From NCBI RefSeq assembly GCF_009914755.1, contig NC_060933.1: DNA of 64,000 bases, one strand, 5' to 3'. Below, one piece after another: positions 27,407 to 44,600 of this stretch; position 1 is the first letter of the stretch; each line of letters begins with the position of its first letter. The notes under the pieces were generated by a model. The model did not search any database, was not told the origin of the DNA, and saw nothing but the letters and a program-made list of their open reading frames with translations. The translations under genes and the position numbers were made by a program. This DNA comes from the human T2T-CHM13v2.0 reference genome, Homo sapiens.

Positions 27407-27748
27407 CAGTCATCCCTCAGTTATCTGCAGGGGATTGGTTACAGGACCTCCTGCAGATGCCAAAATCTGCAGATGCTCAAGTCCCTTATATATTAATAAA
27501 ATTGCATATCATATTACCTACGCACATCCTCCTGTATACTTTAAATCATCTCTAGATTATTTATAATACCTAATATAATGTAAATGGCATGTACACAGTT
27601 CTTATACTATATTGTTCAGGGAATAATAAGGAAAAAAGTCAGTACATGTTCAGTACAGATGCAACCATCTTTTTTTTTCCTGAATATTTTCAATTTACAC
27701 TTGGTTGAATCCACAAATGCAAAACTTACAGATGAAAAGGGCCGACTG
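27407..27748. mobile_element. MER2 (TcMar-Tigger non-autonomous DNA transposon)
   Basis: Terminal inverted repeats CAGTCATCCCTC / AGGGCCGACTG, about 340 bp long. Confidence 0.8.
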
Positions 27749-28201
27749 TGTAAAAAATAAAACTATAATTTCATTAGTGAACTTTCAGTGGTCAGGAGAG
27801 ACAGATCAGAGGTTCAGGAAAAGCCAAGCAGTCTCACCCCAGGTTGCATGGCAGGCACACGCTCATCACCACTCTCCTCTACCTCTCTACATTGCAGTGG
27901 GAGGCCAGGACCAATCCCACAAAAGAAAGCATAAGCCTAGAGAGACAGCTCCTGCACACCCAGGACTGACTCAGTTACTCTAAGAGTTTTCTAGATTATA
28001 TAGACAAGAGGCATTCCTGTGGAACAGAATCAGTCATAAGAGCTGGTAACAAATAGCAGAAACAACTAATTTCAACCCATTTGTATGATTTTGGAATGGG
28101 CGCAAGGGTAATCTTGCTCAGTGAAATTCATTTGAATTATACAGAAGGTAAATATAATTTGTAAGGGTCATCCTCATTGAATTTGTGATTGCATTACATA
28201 C

Positions 28202-28249
28202 CTGAGCATAACAAGCTTCTTCTATGGCTAACCCTGTTACTAAATCGAC
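28202..28249 (-). CDS. AUH: AUH coding exon (probably exon 9), 48 bp: VDLVTGLAIEEACYAQ
   Basis: TCTCAG|GTCGAT acceptor and CAG|GTATGT donor. Phase 0/0, in frame. Confidence 0.96.
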
Positions 28250-28389
28250 CTGAGAATAAAAACATAATCCATTTCAGCAGAAATAACTTTGCGAAATGTG
28301 GTATATTCAACAGAAATTCAAATTGAATAACCTTATCCCCAAAGCACCCAATCCTTTGATATAGTACAGCAGATCAGAGTGTGACCAAC

Positions 28390-28650
28390 ATGAGACACAG
28401 AACCAGGCTTCCTGGGTTCGTCCTGACTCCCTCACTTGGGAGCTGAGTTACCTTGGGGAAGTTATTTAACCTCTCTGTGCTTCAAAGAGGCATGTCTGAA
28501 CAAGGGGCTAATTATAATGCTCACCAAATGGGAGTATTGTGAGGATTAAATGAGTTAATCTAGGTGAGGCCTTTATGTCGCGACACACACACACACACAC
28601 ACACACGATGCTTAATACATAGTAAGGGCTATATAAGGTATTTGCTATTG
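28390..28650 (+). mobile_element. MIR with internal (CA)n
   Basis: MIR core (ACCTTGGGGAAGTTATTTAACCTCTCTGTGC...GTGAGGATTAAATGAG). Confidence 0.75.
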
Positions 28651-29419
28651 GTATTGTTACCATTATGTAAATATTTAAATAAACCAATCAAATACTTTTG
28701 CAAATTTATGAAACTGTATTTACTGTTATACAGTATTGACTGTATAAAGTCAATCTCTTTTTACTGCTATACAGCCCAGGAAGATGCGGAGGTTCCTTAG
28801 TCTACCAAGAAGGAAGCACTTTTCTTCAAAATACCCATAAGTTACCCAAAATATAATAACTGCCATGAAAAGTCCAATAAATGGGTATGTGCACCACCCC
28901 CTCCTCCCAGGCCTGGGGCCTTCACTCTTTTGGAGTCATCTCCCTGGGGTACCCCCAGGACACACAATGGATTCACCTTATACCTGCATTGCGTGTGCCT
29001 CCTTGTAGAAGGCACACTGAGAAGCTAAAGGTGGAAAGAGCTAGCTGTTCTTGGAATGTTTTGTATAATATAATACTGATGCTAAAAATGCACAGAATGC
29101 CCTGTTATTTTGGTTTTCTATGAACTACTAGCCAATAAATCTGTCTGTTAACTGGATGGCAAGAATAATGAGCATGTCATAAGCTTCAGGGCACTGGTAA
29201 AATTACTGAATTCTGTGCTTGTGATACTGAATTAGCAATAACTGTAAGAATGAAATAAATGACGTACTTGCAAGGAACTTCAGTAGCTTTCAGTAATAGT
29301 AGCATTTAAACAACCATATTTTAGAACTTTAAAAAAAATGTAGAAGTCTAAACATGGTTCATTTAAATTAAATCTCCACTCTCCATTCCCAAAACAAACT
29401 CAAGCATTAAGGAACCTAC

Positions 29420-29470
29420 CTCCATCCCTTGATTAATTGCTAATTTTGCCACTCTCATTGCAACAGGTCC
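29420..29470 (-). CDS. AUH: AUH coding exon (probably exon 8), 51 bp: GPVAMRVAKLAINQGME
   Basis: TTTTAG|GGACCT acceptor and GAG|GTAGGT donor. Phase 0 at both ends and in frame with the preceding exon. Confidence 0.96.
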
Positions 29471-30584
29471 CTAAAATTCAAATTAAAGAAACAGACTTCA
29501 ATTATTTTTTATGCAAATTATGTCGTATATCTCAGTAAAATTCAGAATTCCCACCACTGGATCCATTGCACAGCCAGCAATGGCTGTCAGATACTAGATG
29601 GAAAATTTTCTGAGCCTTGCAAGGCTGTAATTAAAGAGCAACTGCAACAACCACATCAGCACATTATTTAGATTCCACATGTTTTGTTATGCTGCAAACT
29701 CCGGATCCTTAAAGGTGAGCAGGTAGTGCATGTCCAGCTGTGAGCTTGCTGTTCTTCAGCAACACTTCCTAGAAGTTAAGTAGAGGAAGGAAAAGGAGGT
29801 AGTCTTTGCCTCAGTACCACACCAATTAGGGGTTTTGAAAGAAGCTTGGGCTGGGGATGAGGCTGTTGCTATTGATTAAGGTAGGGTTCTGATATCATCT
29901 CCTTCAGACACTGGCTATATTTCCTCCATTCGCCTTGACAACTAACAGCAATGATGGTGGATTAATCAACAGTGTCCTCTAAGCAGTGCTCCCACAGCAC
30001 ACATAAATATGAAGTCTACATAAGTCTTTCAGGATGCAGAAGAGTCACAAGGAATGAACTGGATATCTGTTGTGAGAAGGAGAATGTTACCTGTGTCTTG
30101 CAGAAGCCAAACTCTTACCAAGCAGAAAAACCAGAATCCCTCAGATGGAATTTCATTATTGGATCACATTTTAAAGTCCTAAAATACCATTTATGGGTAA
30201 TAAATGTGAATTCAATGCTATATTTTGAACTGAATGCTCTTTTGAATTAAAACACAAGGTAGGCTCTAAACAACAGGCACAGCAAAGGACTCTTGGATGG
30301 TGACATGGATAAATGCATGAAAAGACATGTTTTCCTATCAAGGAGTTTCTATTATTAAATTTGACCTATCTAAATTTTCTTCCAAATCATGTTTACAAAT
30401 CTTTTTCAAAGGCCACAATTTCCAAGGCTATAGTTGTTAGACAAATATCTTATTGATAATTCTTCCCACTGTGATTTGTATATATCATAGACACCACCAC
30501 CATTTTTTTCATGATAATCAATCCATTTTATTAAATGGTGTGCTCCTCTAATTTTTCCATTTTCATTGTCAACTGACCAAGAAA

Positions 30585-30745
30585 AGGTGCTTGTCAAACT
30601 CCTAGATGCACACAAATCCCCATCCTCCTTGTTAAAATGCAGATGTGGACTCAGTGGGTCTGAGATGGGCCTGAGATTCTGCACGTCTAACAAGCTGCCA
30701 GGAAATGCCCAGGCTGCTGGTCCACAGACCACACTTTGGGAAGTA
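30585..30745. mobile_element. MER5A-like hAT-Charlie element
   Basis: TTGTTAAAATGCAGAT...GGGCCTGAGATTCTGCA...CACAGACCACACTTTG. Confidence 0.75.
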
Positions 30746-32932
30746 AAGTTTAGAAAGCCATGAGAAAAACAGGAAAATTCAAAATGCTATTAGAAATAGT
30801 GCTTGATTTAATTTGTTTCCTCCTTAAAACATTTCCAGTGCCTTTTCTTCTTTACAAGCCTTTTTTTCTCAGATAAATGGAAGTAATATATAATACAGAT
30901 ATCACCTAGAAATACTGATTTTACAAAAGCTTTCAGTTATCTGGAGGACTAATCATTTGGCAACAAAGTAACAAACATAAAAATAAAGGTGATTCCACTC
31001 AAACTTCATTTGGTGACTCGTGCATGTAATTTTGCAGTCACATATTTTCTGAAGTAACTCAACATCTTCTTATACATCAACATCTTCTTATTTGTTTGAC
31101 CTGGAGGAAAATTAATTTTAACAATCAACATTCTGAAGGAGTGTCCTTCCAATGAAAGGTGACAAAGGCACATGCACAGGGACTGTGATGACGGCTGGGT
31201 AACCACACAATGGGATGCGGCTCGACACACTGGCAGTGGAAGGAGGGAGCAGAGGAGAGGACAGTGCTCACGTTCTCAGGCGGGGCGGTGTGTGGACGGT
31301 GGTGGCATTTGCTGCATGGTGGCCACAGAAGCATCATGGGAGAGAGAGCAAGTCAGGCCCTAAGGGGCTAATAAGCTGCCTATAGGGAGCTCTGAAGTAG
31401 AGAGCTGAACATCCATGTCAGGAGGCCAGGAGCGGGCTCTGCAGATCATCAGAATTGGAACTGTGTCATAACCTTTCTTAAACACACCCCTTTCTTTCAA
31501 CTGAGGTATATTCTGGTCATAAAGTTTTAAGCCAAGGTAAGTTATAACACCAATATTCAGTCAGATTATACTCTCCTGATACTTGTACCTTTAATTTGTC
31601 TTTAGGTAGAGACTTCTCTCATATTTGGGAAGAATAAATAAGTTTGTAGTGAGAATCTTATCTTTTTAAGGCAAAAATCTTTTTTTATTTGCTCTGTTTC
31701 CATCAATCCAACAAATACTTATTGAGCATCTACTGAATGTATGGCTCTGCACTACCTTATGTGGGGAATAAATTATATAATGGTCCTTCCCTAAAAGAGC
31801 TAACAGCTCCTAAGTTAATTAAGAAGGACCAGAAGCATCAATGCCAGGCAGTGTGGTTTTAAAAACCGATTCAGCAGGTGCATACCAGCAGAGTGGGGAC
31901 TGGTTTGTCAGCAAAGGCTCCTGTGCTGAGTGCCAAGAACACTTTCTGAAACTGGATGCAAGACTCTGAACAAATGTGAGCATTCATGCATTTTTAAAAA
32001 GAATCAAATGCATGAATTTGGAATCTCATGGCATTCCCAAAAAGATCCACAGCCCACAAAAAAGGTTATGAAACCTGTTTGAGTTAAGCAACCCTGAGTT
32101 AGAGAGAAAAATTATTTTGACTCTAGAAATGGTTAGGGGGTTATAAAACTTCAAACTCCACTAGGAATAAAGAAGATCACTACTGCTTACACAGCAAAAG
32201 AAGACTCTTTCTCTCAATTTAAAGCCCTTTAATCTTGTGATTTCAGACCAAAGGCATATTTGAAAAATATATCTGAACGGGTGACAAAAAGAATTGCTTA
32301 AAGCAGGACTGTCAGTGCACGGCCACTGATATCACTCCTGAGTCAGCCATACGCATCATGTTCTAGATTTGAAAGTGTAGTTGTGAGGAAGCACAATGGA
32401 GTCAAAACAACGCCTACACCACCATAGGCAAACACACAGAAAGACAAACAACTGCTGCTTTTCAAGCAGGCTTTTCACTTTTCAAGTGAAGCCACTGCAA
32501 TGGAAGTCCACTCTGGCACAACAGACTACAGTCCCTTACTAGAAAACAGCATATTTCAATGTATTTTGACTTGGGGTGGCCCAGTGTGACAGCCAGCCCT
32601 ATCACTCTTTCTTTCCATGGCTATGGCTTCCATTAGAGTGCTCAGCTGGTGAGCAAATTAAAACACCTTGCTAGGAAGTTGTGCACATGTGACAAGCATT
32701 GTCAAGGGATATTTTATCAAAGTGTGGCTACAATAAGACCCTTGGAGCATCTTCAAAGCGTCATCAGAATTCCACAGGATCATAGTGTTTATTTTGTGTA
32801 ACTGCTCTAGTTTTACAGAGCCCACGCATCCCTTTACTTGGAAGCAAGCCAGGGACTTCTTCCATAGGCAAGATGACTGCTGTTTTAGTCAAAGTGTTAT
32901 AATGTTTCCTAAAATGAGAAAAAATAAACTCA

Positions 32933-33178
<246 letters not shown>

Positions 33179-34329
33179 TTAGTTTTAACACTTCAGTGTT
33201 TCATATCTTCATTTATAAAAATAAACCAGGGCCAGAAGTTTATATGTTAAAATTAGTAGCTGGAAAACTACTTCAGAACAGAATCTAATTTCTTAATTCC
33301 CCTATAAAACTAATAACACCAAAAAAGGACTTGAGAACCTTACATCCTTATTAAGTGATTTTGGCACTGAGTATCACCTGCAACCTCTCTGGTATACACT
33401 GAGTCCAATCCACAGTCATCACCCCATCAGTAACCATCAGGTGAACAGCAGTGGATAGGCAGTACCAGCCAGTAAGTCCACTGACTAGAAAGGCAGAGTT
33501 CCACCAAGCTTGGCATTCTTCTTTCAGCTTAAATAAATCTTAACACATTGTGAGACATTCAACTCCTGTTCTTTTAAAGAATCCTTTATGGCGAATACAT
33601 TGTAAACACATTTTAATCTAGAAATAAAACCAGACAATGACTCATGAAAACAGGCTTTGTCCTGGTGGTATTTTCTCAGTGCAAGTCCTGGTCATCTCCG
33701 TTAGCTCTTCTCTCGGAGACGCTCTCTCACACAAACACACCCCTTTTCCAGCTGGTGAGGAAAATCCACTGTGTGTGGAGTCAGAAGCCATGCATTTGGT
33801 TTTGACGTTGTCACTTACTACTTTAGGGACTTCGGGAGTTCATTAACTCTTCAACTCCAAGGGAAAACAGTGGGTATATTAGCATGATTTAGGGTAAATG
33901 TAGGTCAGAATAGTTCTACAGCAAAAGATGCTTATTTTGTTGAAGATAGCCTAACTCACTAGATCCATCTATGTATTCACTTCAGTATCTTCCAGTGATG
34001 AGGACGGGATCTCATTAAATACAAAGTTGGGCAAAAGCAGGTAACACAGGTCTAGCCTCAATGTCTACCAAGAAGAAATGAAAACAGCTTCAACATCAGC
34101 ATTCACCTAAATCTCACCCTATCAATGGCTGTGCCAAGAGGCAGAGGAGCAGCAGACTGCCCCCTTGCAGAGCAGGAAAAGCAAACTGACGCCCACCATC
34201 TACACAAGTTCACTGGGTTTTACTTGACCTACAAAATTTAAAACTTTTCTTTCTGCATTAGTTAGCAACATTTAAAACTAGATGAGTGATTTTATCTTAA
34301 AAAAAAAACCAATTTACCTCCAGTATTTT

Positions 34330-35030
34330 TCCTTTAAAGGAAAGCAAAATCATTTTTTGTTCACACCTCTATGAAAAGTGGAAAAAAATTAAAGACCACA
34401 AGAAGGCACATGTTTAACAAAGTATGCCTCAGTTGGAAGAACAGAGCTTAAGATGCCATTATTAAGCAAACCATGTTAAGAACCGTAATTAATATTTAGA
34501 ACACAGGTAACACTTAGAAAAAGAAACCCTGAATGAATTGTAAAAGGACTAATATTTTCAATACAGACTGTTTTCAAACAAATACAATAATGCTACCGCA
34601 AAATGCAGTTATTACGTGTTTAAGCTGCCCAAGCCGTTAGAGATGGTGAGTTTATATAAGTGTTTACTCGATACGGCAGAAAATATGTGTCTGAAGACAA
34701 TGAATTATTGACAAATTTAAATTTAACTTTCGACAATGATGTTGCTCAGTGTAGTAAAGATAGGTCTGAGAACTTACGGGATAAGCTGCATGGAAAAGAC
34801 AAGCTATTTATGGTGCTTCCAATGGCAGCTGATTAGAACACAGATATAAATATAACTCAGATAACTATATTTACTCATGGAGCTGATGAGAATTTTGATG
34901 AGACTGAAGAACTTAATGAATATATATTATTCATGATAAGCATATTAGGAAATGGTTCTTTCTCATGTTCTATGAAAAGTTTAATGTAGACTGGTCACAA
35001 TTAACAAATGTGACCCACATTGTTAATGTC
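34330..35030 (+). mobile_element. Fossil hAT-Charlie transposase internal fragment
   Basis: Manual translation gives DGEFI / CLLDTAENMC (34661-34690), AAD*NTDINITQITIFTHGADENFDETEEL (34825-34914, a DESTD-like catalytic region) and KFNVDWSQL. Multiple stops and frameshifts. Confidence 0.75.
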
Positions 35031-35429
35031 ACACTTTTTATTCAACAGAAACAACATTTTCCAAGTCCCGGAAGCTCAAACTCGTTCATCATATTGTTCC
35101 ACTTATAGCATGATCCTGAGGTATGAGGATTTTTGCAGAAACTTAACAAAGTAATGGTCATGTAGGTGGTAACTAACACTAGGAAAAAGACCCAGTCCCT
35201 TAAGCTGAGGGGTAGACAGCTGGATGCTTTGTTTCTTAAGCTGGATGCATAACACAACAGATGGCTGGCGGGCCTGCGGTGGAGGCTAGAGGTATGGTGC
35301 AGAAGAGAGCTAACTTTCTGACCCATTGAAAACAATGCATCACAGGAACCAGGGGAAAACCCTTGGCGTGGCTCACCCACTAACACTGCATCCAGGACTT
35401 GATCTTTTTGGATGACATCACAAGCCATC

Positions 35430-36785
35430 TACTTTATTGCCTCATATAAATGGAATCGTTCAGTATTTGTCTTTCTGTGATTCACCTGTTTCACTTAGCG
35501 TAATGTCCTCAAGATTCACCTCTGTTGTAGCATGTGTCAGAAATCCATTCCTTTTTAAGGCTGAATAACATTCCATTGTACGTATATACCACATTTTGCT
35601 TATCCATTCACCCCTGGAAGGATACCTGGGTTGCTCTACCTTTTGGCTATTGTGAATAATGCTGCTATGAACATGGATATACAAATATCTCTTCAAGACC
35701 CTGCTTTCAATTCTGCTTTCAATATATACAGCGTGGGACTGCTGGATCATACAGTAATTCCAGTTTAATTTTTTGAGAAATCACCATAATGTTTTCCATA
35801 GTCACCAAACCATTTTACATTCCTACCAACAGAGAACAAGAATTCCAATTTCTCTACACCCTCACCAACACTTACTATTTTTTTTTATAGTAGCCATCCT
35901 AATGGGTGTGCAGTAGCATTTTGAAACCCACCCAATAGTCCCATAGACAGTTCTTTTTGGATAAACAAAGAAATTGACCCTTCTGCTGTTAAAGTTTGAA
36001 ACTTGCATCTGTTTTGAGTTTCTTCCCCAGAAAAGGACCTTCAGGCCTTTCAAAAAAAGTATCAAAGAACCAAAACTCAGCTGATCACCAGACCAGATGA
36101 CTCCTTGCCCCTCCCTAGTTCTTGTTTTCTTACACATTGTTACATTTCTTCCCTGCTATATAAACCCCTAGTTTTAGTGGGTTAGGGAGATGAATTTGAG
36201 GCTGAGCTCCCATCTCAGCAGCAGCAGCCGATTAAAGCCTTCTTCCTTGGCAATACTTGTCGTGACAGTGATGGGCTTTCTGTGCAGTGAACAGGAGGAC
36301 CTAGACAAAACCCCTGGTGTTTTGGTAGCAATTTCATTGTGAGTAGTCATGCTGAGCGCCTAAGTTTTCATGTGCTTATTGGCCATCCATATATTGTCTT
36401 TGGAGAAATGTCTATTTAAAGTTATTTGCCTATTTTTAATTTGCGTCTTGAGTTGTTTCATTTGTTGAGTTACAGGAGTTCTTTATATATTCTGGATATT
36501 AATCCTTTATCAGATATAGACTTGCAAATATTTTCTCCCATCCCATGGGTTGCCTTTTCACTCTGTTGATAGTGCCTGATGCATAAAAGTCTTTAATTTT
36601 GGTCCAATTTACCTCTTTTTTCTCTTGTTGCCTGTGTTACTGGTGTCATATCCAAGAAATTATTGCCAAATCCAATGTTATAAAGCTTTTTCTTTATGCT
36701 TTCTTCTAAGAGTTGTATACTTTTAGTTCTTATGCTATGGTCTTTGATCAGTTTTGTGTTAATTTTTGCATAGGGTATAAAGTAT
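35430..36785 (-). mobile_element. L1M (L1MA/L1MB-like) ORF2-end/3' fragment split by an LTR
   Basis: Reverse-strand L1 3' region (MWYIRTMECYSALKRN). Confidence 0.8.
35922..36330 (+). mobile_element. ERV solo LTR (family uncertain), 409 bp
   Basis: TG...CA termini, 4-bp TSD ATTT (35918-35921 / 36331-36334), internal TATATAAA and ATTAAA. Interrupts a continuous L1 sequence. Confidence 0.8.
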
Positions 36786-37351
36786 TCCTAACACTATTTC
36801 CTGAAAGGGACATTCTTAAATGATTACACAAATACATGATTTCATTCACTCATTCCCACTGAAATTTTAACTTTTAGAACATTTGTTTGGCAAGAAATTA
36901 TCCCAGTTTGCAGAAATCTAAGACTGATGGCCTGAATTATATATATTTTTACATGTGTGAAACTGAAAGTAAACTGTCCCCTCCACCCCTCAGGCATACA
37001 AAATTCATGATTTCAAGGTTTATAAAAATGATATAATCTGTTCAGTCTGCCTTTCTCAATTACTAATGATACTATGAGCAAAGAACTTTACAAATGGAAG
37101 TTACAATGCAATATTGGACAACTAAACATGATTGATATGGAATCTAAGATTTTTACAAATATCTCCGGAATAGTTACCCCAAATGGCAAAACTTTTTATG
37201 CCAACATTCTTTTCCAGCTTGAAAGTACTTAAATTTATGAACACGCATTTTCTATAATTAAACTAAATGAAACTCAGTATTCTTGCTGGTTAAGGAAGTC
37301 AAATAGTGCAGAAAAACATCCCAATCCAAAAGATGAGATGTGCCAAAATCT

Positions 37352-37441
37352 TGGTGCAATCATAGCTCACTGTAGCATCCACCTCCTAGGCTCAAATGAT
37401 CCTTCTGCCTCAGCCTCCCTAGTTAGCATGCCATGCCTGGC
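37352..37441 (-). mobile_element. Alu (J/FLAM) fragment
   Basis: GGTGCAATCATAGCTCACTG...CCTCAGCCTCCC. Confidence 0.65.
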
Positions 37442-37912
37442 ATCAGACTGTAAGCTCCAAATGTAAAGAGGAGAACTAGAAAAAAATTACTTCAGTTCAC
37501 CTTTTCTTAATTCTGAATATCAAACTCCAATATTAACTTAGAGTTAGGGGTAAAAGTGAAGATAGCGTATCCTATTTCTGTCAGTTGACTATTTTACACC
37601 AGGCTTGCTTCATTAGATTAGATGATATAATCTGCTAGTTCCCTTAGGCATCTGAATTCAGGATTCCTAAAGTGCCAGTTCTTTTTTTTTATTATTATTA
37701 TTATTATACTTTAAGTTTTAGGGTACATGTGCACATTGTGCAGGTTAGTTACATATGTATGTATACATGTGCCATGCTGGTGTGCTGCACCCACTAACTC
37801 GTCATCTAGCATTAGGTATATCTCCCACTGCTATCCCTCCCCCCTCCCCCCACCACACCACAGTCCCCAGAGTGTGATTGTTCCCCTTCCTGTGTCCACG
37901 TGGTCTCATTGT

Positions 37913-41738
<3,826 letters not shown>

Positions 41739-41801
41739 TATGATGTTAGCTGGTTATTTTGCTCGTTGGTTGATGCAGTTTCTTCCTAGTCTCGATGGTC
41801 T

Positions 41802-42817
41802 TTACATTTTGGCATGATTTTGCAAGCGGCTGGTACCAGTTGTTCCTTTCCATGTTTAGCACTTCCTTCAGGAGCTCTTTTAGGGCAGGCCTGGTGGTGA
41901 CAAAATCTCTCAGCATTTGCTTGTCTGTAAAGTATTTTATTTCTCCTTCACTTATGAAGCTTAGTTTGGCTGGATATGAAATTCTGGGTTGAAAATTCTT
42001 TTCTTTAAGAATGTTGAATATTGGCCCCCACTCTCTTCTGGCTTGTAGGGTTTCTGCCAAGAGATTCGCTGTTAAGTCTGATGGGCTTCCCTTTGAGGGT
42101 AACCCGACCTTTCTCTCTGGCTGCCCTTAACATTTTTTCCTTCATTTCAACTTTGGTGAATCTGACAATTATGTGTCTTGGAGTTGCTCTTCTCGAGGAG
42201 TATCTTTGTGGCGTTCTCTGTATTTCCTGAATCTGAATGTTGGCCTGCCTTGCTAGATTGGGGAAATTCTCCTGGATAATATCCTGCAGAGTGTTTTCCA
42301 ACTTGGTTCCATTCTCCCCATCACTTTCAGGTACACCAATCAGACGTAGATTTGGTCTTTTCACATAGTCCCATATTTCTTGGAGGCTTTGCTCGTTTCT
42401 TTTTCTTTTTTCTCTAAACTTTCCTTCTCGCTTCATTTCATTCATTTCATCTTCCATTGCTGATACCTTTTCTTCCAGTTGATCGCAGCGGCTCCTGAGG
42501 CTTCTGCATTCTTCACGTAGTTCTCGAGCCTTGGTTTTCAGCTCCATCAGCTCCTTTAAGCACTTCTCTGTATTGGTTATTCTAGTTATACATTCTTCTA
42601 AATTTTTTTCAAAGTTTTCAACTTCTTTGCCTTTGGTTTGAATGTCCTCCCATAGCTCAGAGTAATCTGATCGTCTGAAGCCTTCTTCTCTCAGCTCGTC
42701 AAAGTCATTCTCCGTCCAGCTTTGTTCCGTTGCTGGTGAGGAGCTGCGTTCCTTTGGAGGAGGAGAGGCACTCTGATTTTTAGAGTTTCCAGTTTTTCTG
42801 TTCAGTTTTTTCCCCAT
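41802..42817 (-). pseudogene. L1 ORF1p, disrupted (frameshifts near 42075 and 41825)
   Basis: MGKKLNRKTGNSK... is split across ORF track entries 42005-42817 and 41746-42060. Confidence 0.93.
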
Positions 42818-44084
42818 CTTTGTGGTTTTATCTACTTTTGGTCTTTGATGATGGTGATGTACAGATGGGTTTTTGGTGTGGATGTCCTTTCTGTTTGTTA
42901 GTTTTCCTTCTAACAGACAGGACCCTCAGCTGCAGGTCTGTTGGAGAACCCTGCAGTGTGAGGTATCAGTGTGCCCCTGCTGGAGGGTGCCTCCCAGTTA
43001 GGCTGCTCGGGGCTCAGGGGTCACGGACCCACTTGAGGAGGCAGTCTGCCCGTTCTCCGATCTCCAGCTGCCTACTGGGAGAACCACTGCTCTCTTCAAA
43101 GCTGTCAGACAGGGACATTTAAGTCTGCAGAGGTTACTGCTGTCTTTTTGTCTGTGCCCTGCCCCCAGAGGTGGAGCCTACAGAGGCACGCAGGCCTCCT
43201 TGAGCTGTGGTGGGCTCTACCCAGTTCAAGCTTCCCGGCTGCTTTGTTTACCTAAGCAAGCCTGGGCAATGGTGGGTGCCCCTCCCCCAGCCTCGGTGCT
43301 GCCTTGCAGTTTGATCTCAGACTGCTGTGCTAGCAATCAGCGAGACTCCATGGGGTAGGACCCTCCGAGCCAGGTGCGGGATATAATCTCGTGGTGCGCC
43401 GTTTTTTAAGCCCGTCGGAAAAGCGCAGTATTCGGGTCGGGTGGGAGTGACCCGATTTTCCAGGTGCCGTCGGTCACCCCTTTCTTTGATTAGGAAAGGC
43501 AACTCCCTGACCTCTTGCACTTCCCAAGTGAGGCAATGCCTCGCCCTGCTTCGGCTCACACACGGTGCGCGCACCCACTGACCTGCGCCCACTGTCTGGC
43601 ACTCCCTAGTGAGATGAACCTGGTACCACAGATGGAAATGCAGAAATCACCCGTCTTCTGCGTAGCTCAGGCTGGGAGCTGTAGACCGGAGCTGTTCCTA
43701 TTCGGTCATCTAAAGTGCCACTTCTAAACAGTCTTGGTGACTGATGACATTAAGCAGTGGAATTAAAAAAATAGGATTGTCCTTGGTGAAATTATAATTG
43801 TTTCAGTCTCACAAGCAGCCCTAATGCATTCAAGGTGACAGAGGTCTACAAAACTATTCAAACTCACACTGTCCATCCCAACAGCTTCCAATGCAGAGCC
43901 TGACTCCTGGTCAGGATCTGCTCTGAGGCTCCCTGGGCTGGAGCTATATACTCAGGGATTACGACATCAGCAAGTAACACATTCCCAGGACACTCCTGCA
44001 GATACTCCATAGTACTACAGAGTATGAGGAGAAATGTGAAGATAAGCTGAAAATTACAGGATAGCTCACAAGGCTTCCACTAAA

Positions 44085-44600
44085 AAACAAAGATCTCACA
44101 GCGACCACAGTTAATAATAGTATGTACTTATATGATTTTGAATGTTCTTACCACACAAAAAAAGATAAGTTGGTGAAGTCGTGGATATGTTAATTAGCTT
44201 GATTGACTCTTTCTACAATGTTTACATAGATCAATACACTATGGCCAGGCATGGTGGTGGCTCACACCTGTAATCCCAGCACTTTAGGAGGCTGGGGCAG
44301 GGGGATAGCTTGAGCCCAGGAGTTTGAGACCAGCCTGGCCAACGTAACAAGACTCTGTCTCTACCACACATAGAGATACAAAATCAGCCAGGCATCGCAT
44401 GCTGACTACGGAGGCTGAGGCAGGAGGATTATTTGAGCCTAGGAAGTGGATGCTACAGTGAGCTATGATTATGCCACTGCAGTCCAGCCTGGGTGACAGA
44501 GCGAGATCTGTCTCTAAAAATATAAAAATGAAAACAAAATTATCACATTGTGCCCCATAAATATACAATTATTTGTCAGTTAAAAATAAATTTTAAAAAA
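44085..44600 (+). mobile_element. L1MA 3' end interrupted by an AluJ (44243-44530)
   Basis: GGATATGTTAATTAGCTTGATT...ATCACATTGTGCCCCATAAATATA flanks a diverged Alu dimer. Confidence 0.8.

Noticed and set aside
43269-43358. L1 ORF0 (plus strand, ATGGTGGGTGCCCCTCCC...)
   Set aside because: A 1-nt deletion gives TAG after 29 codons, so ORF0 is truncated.
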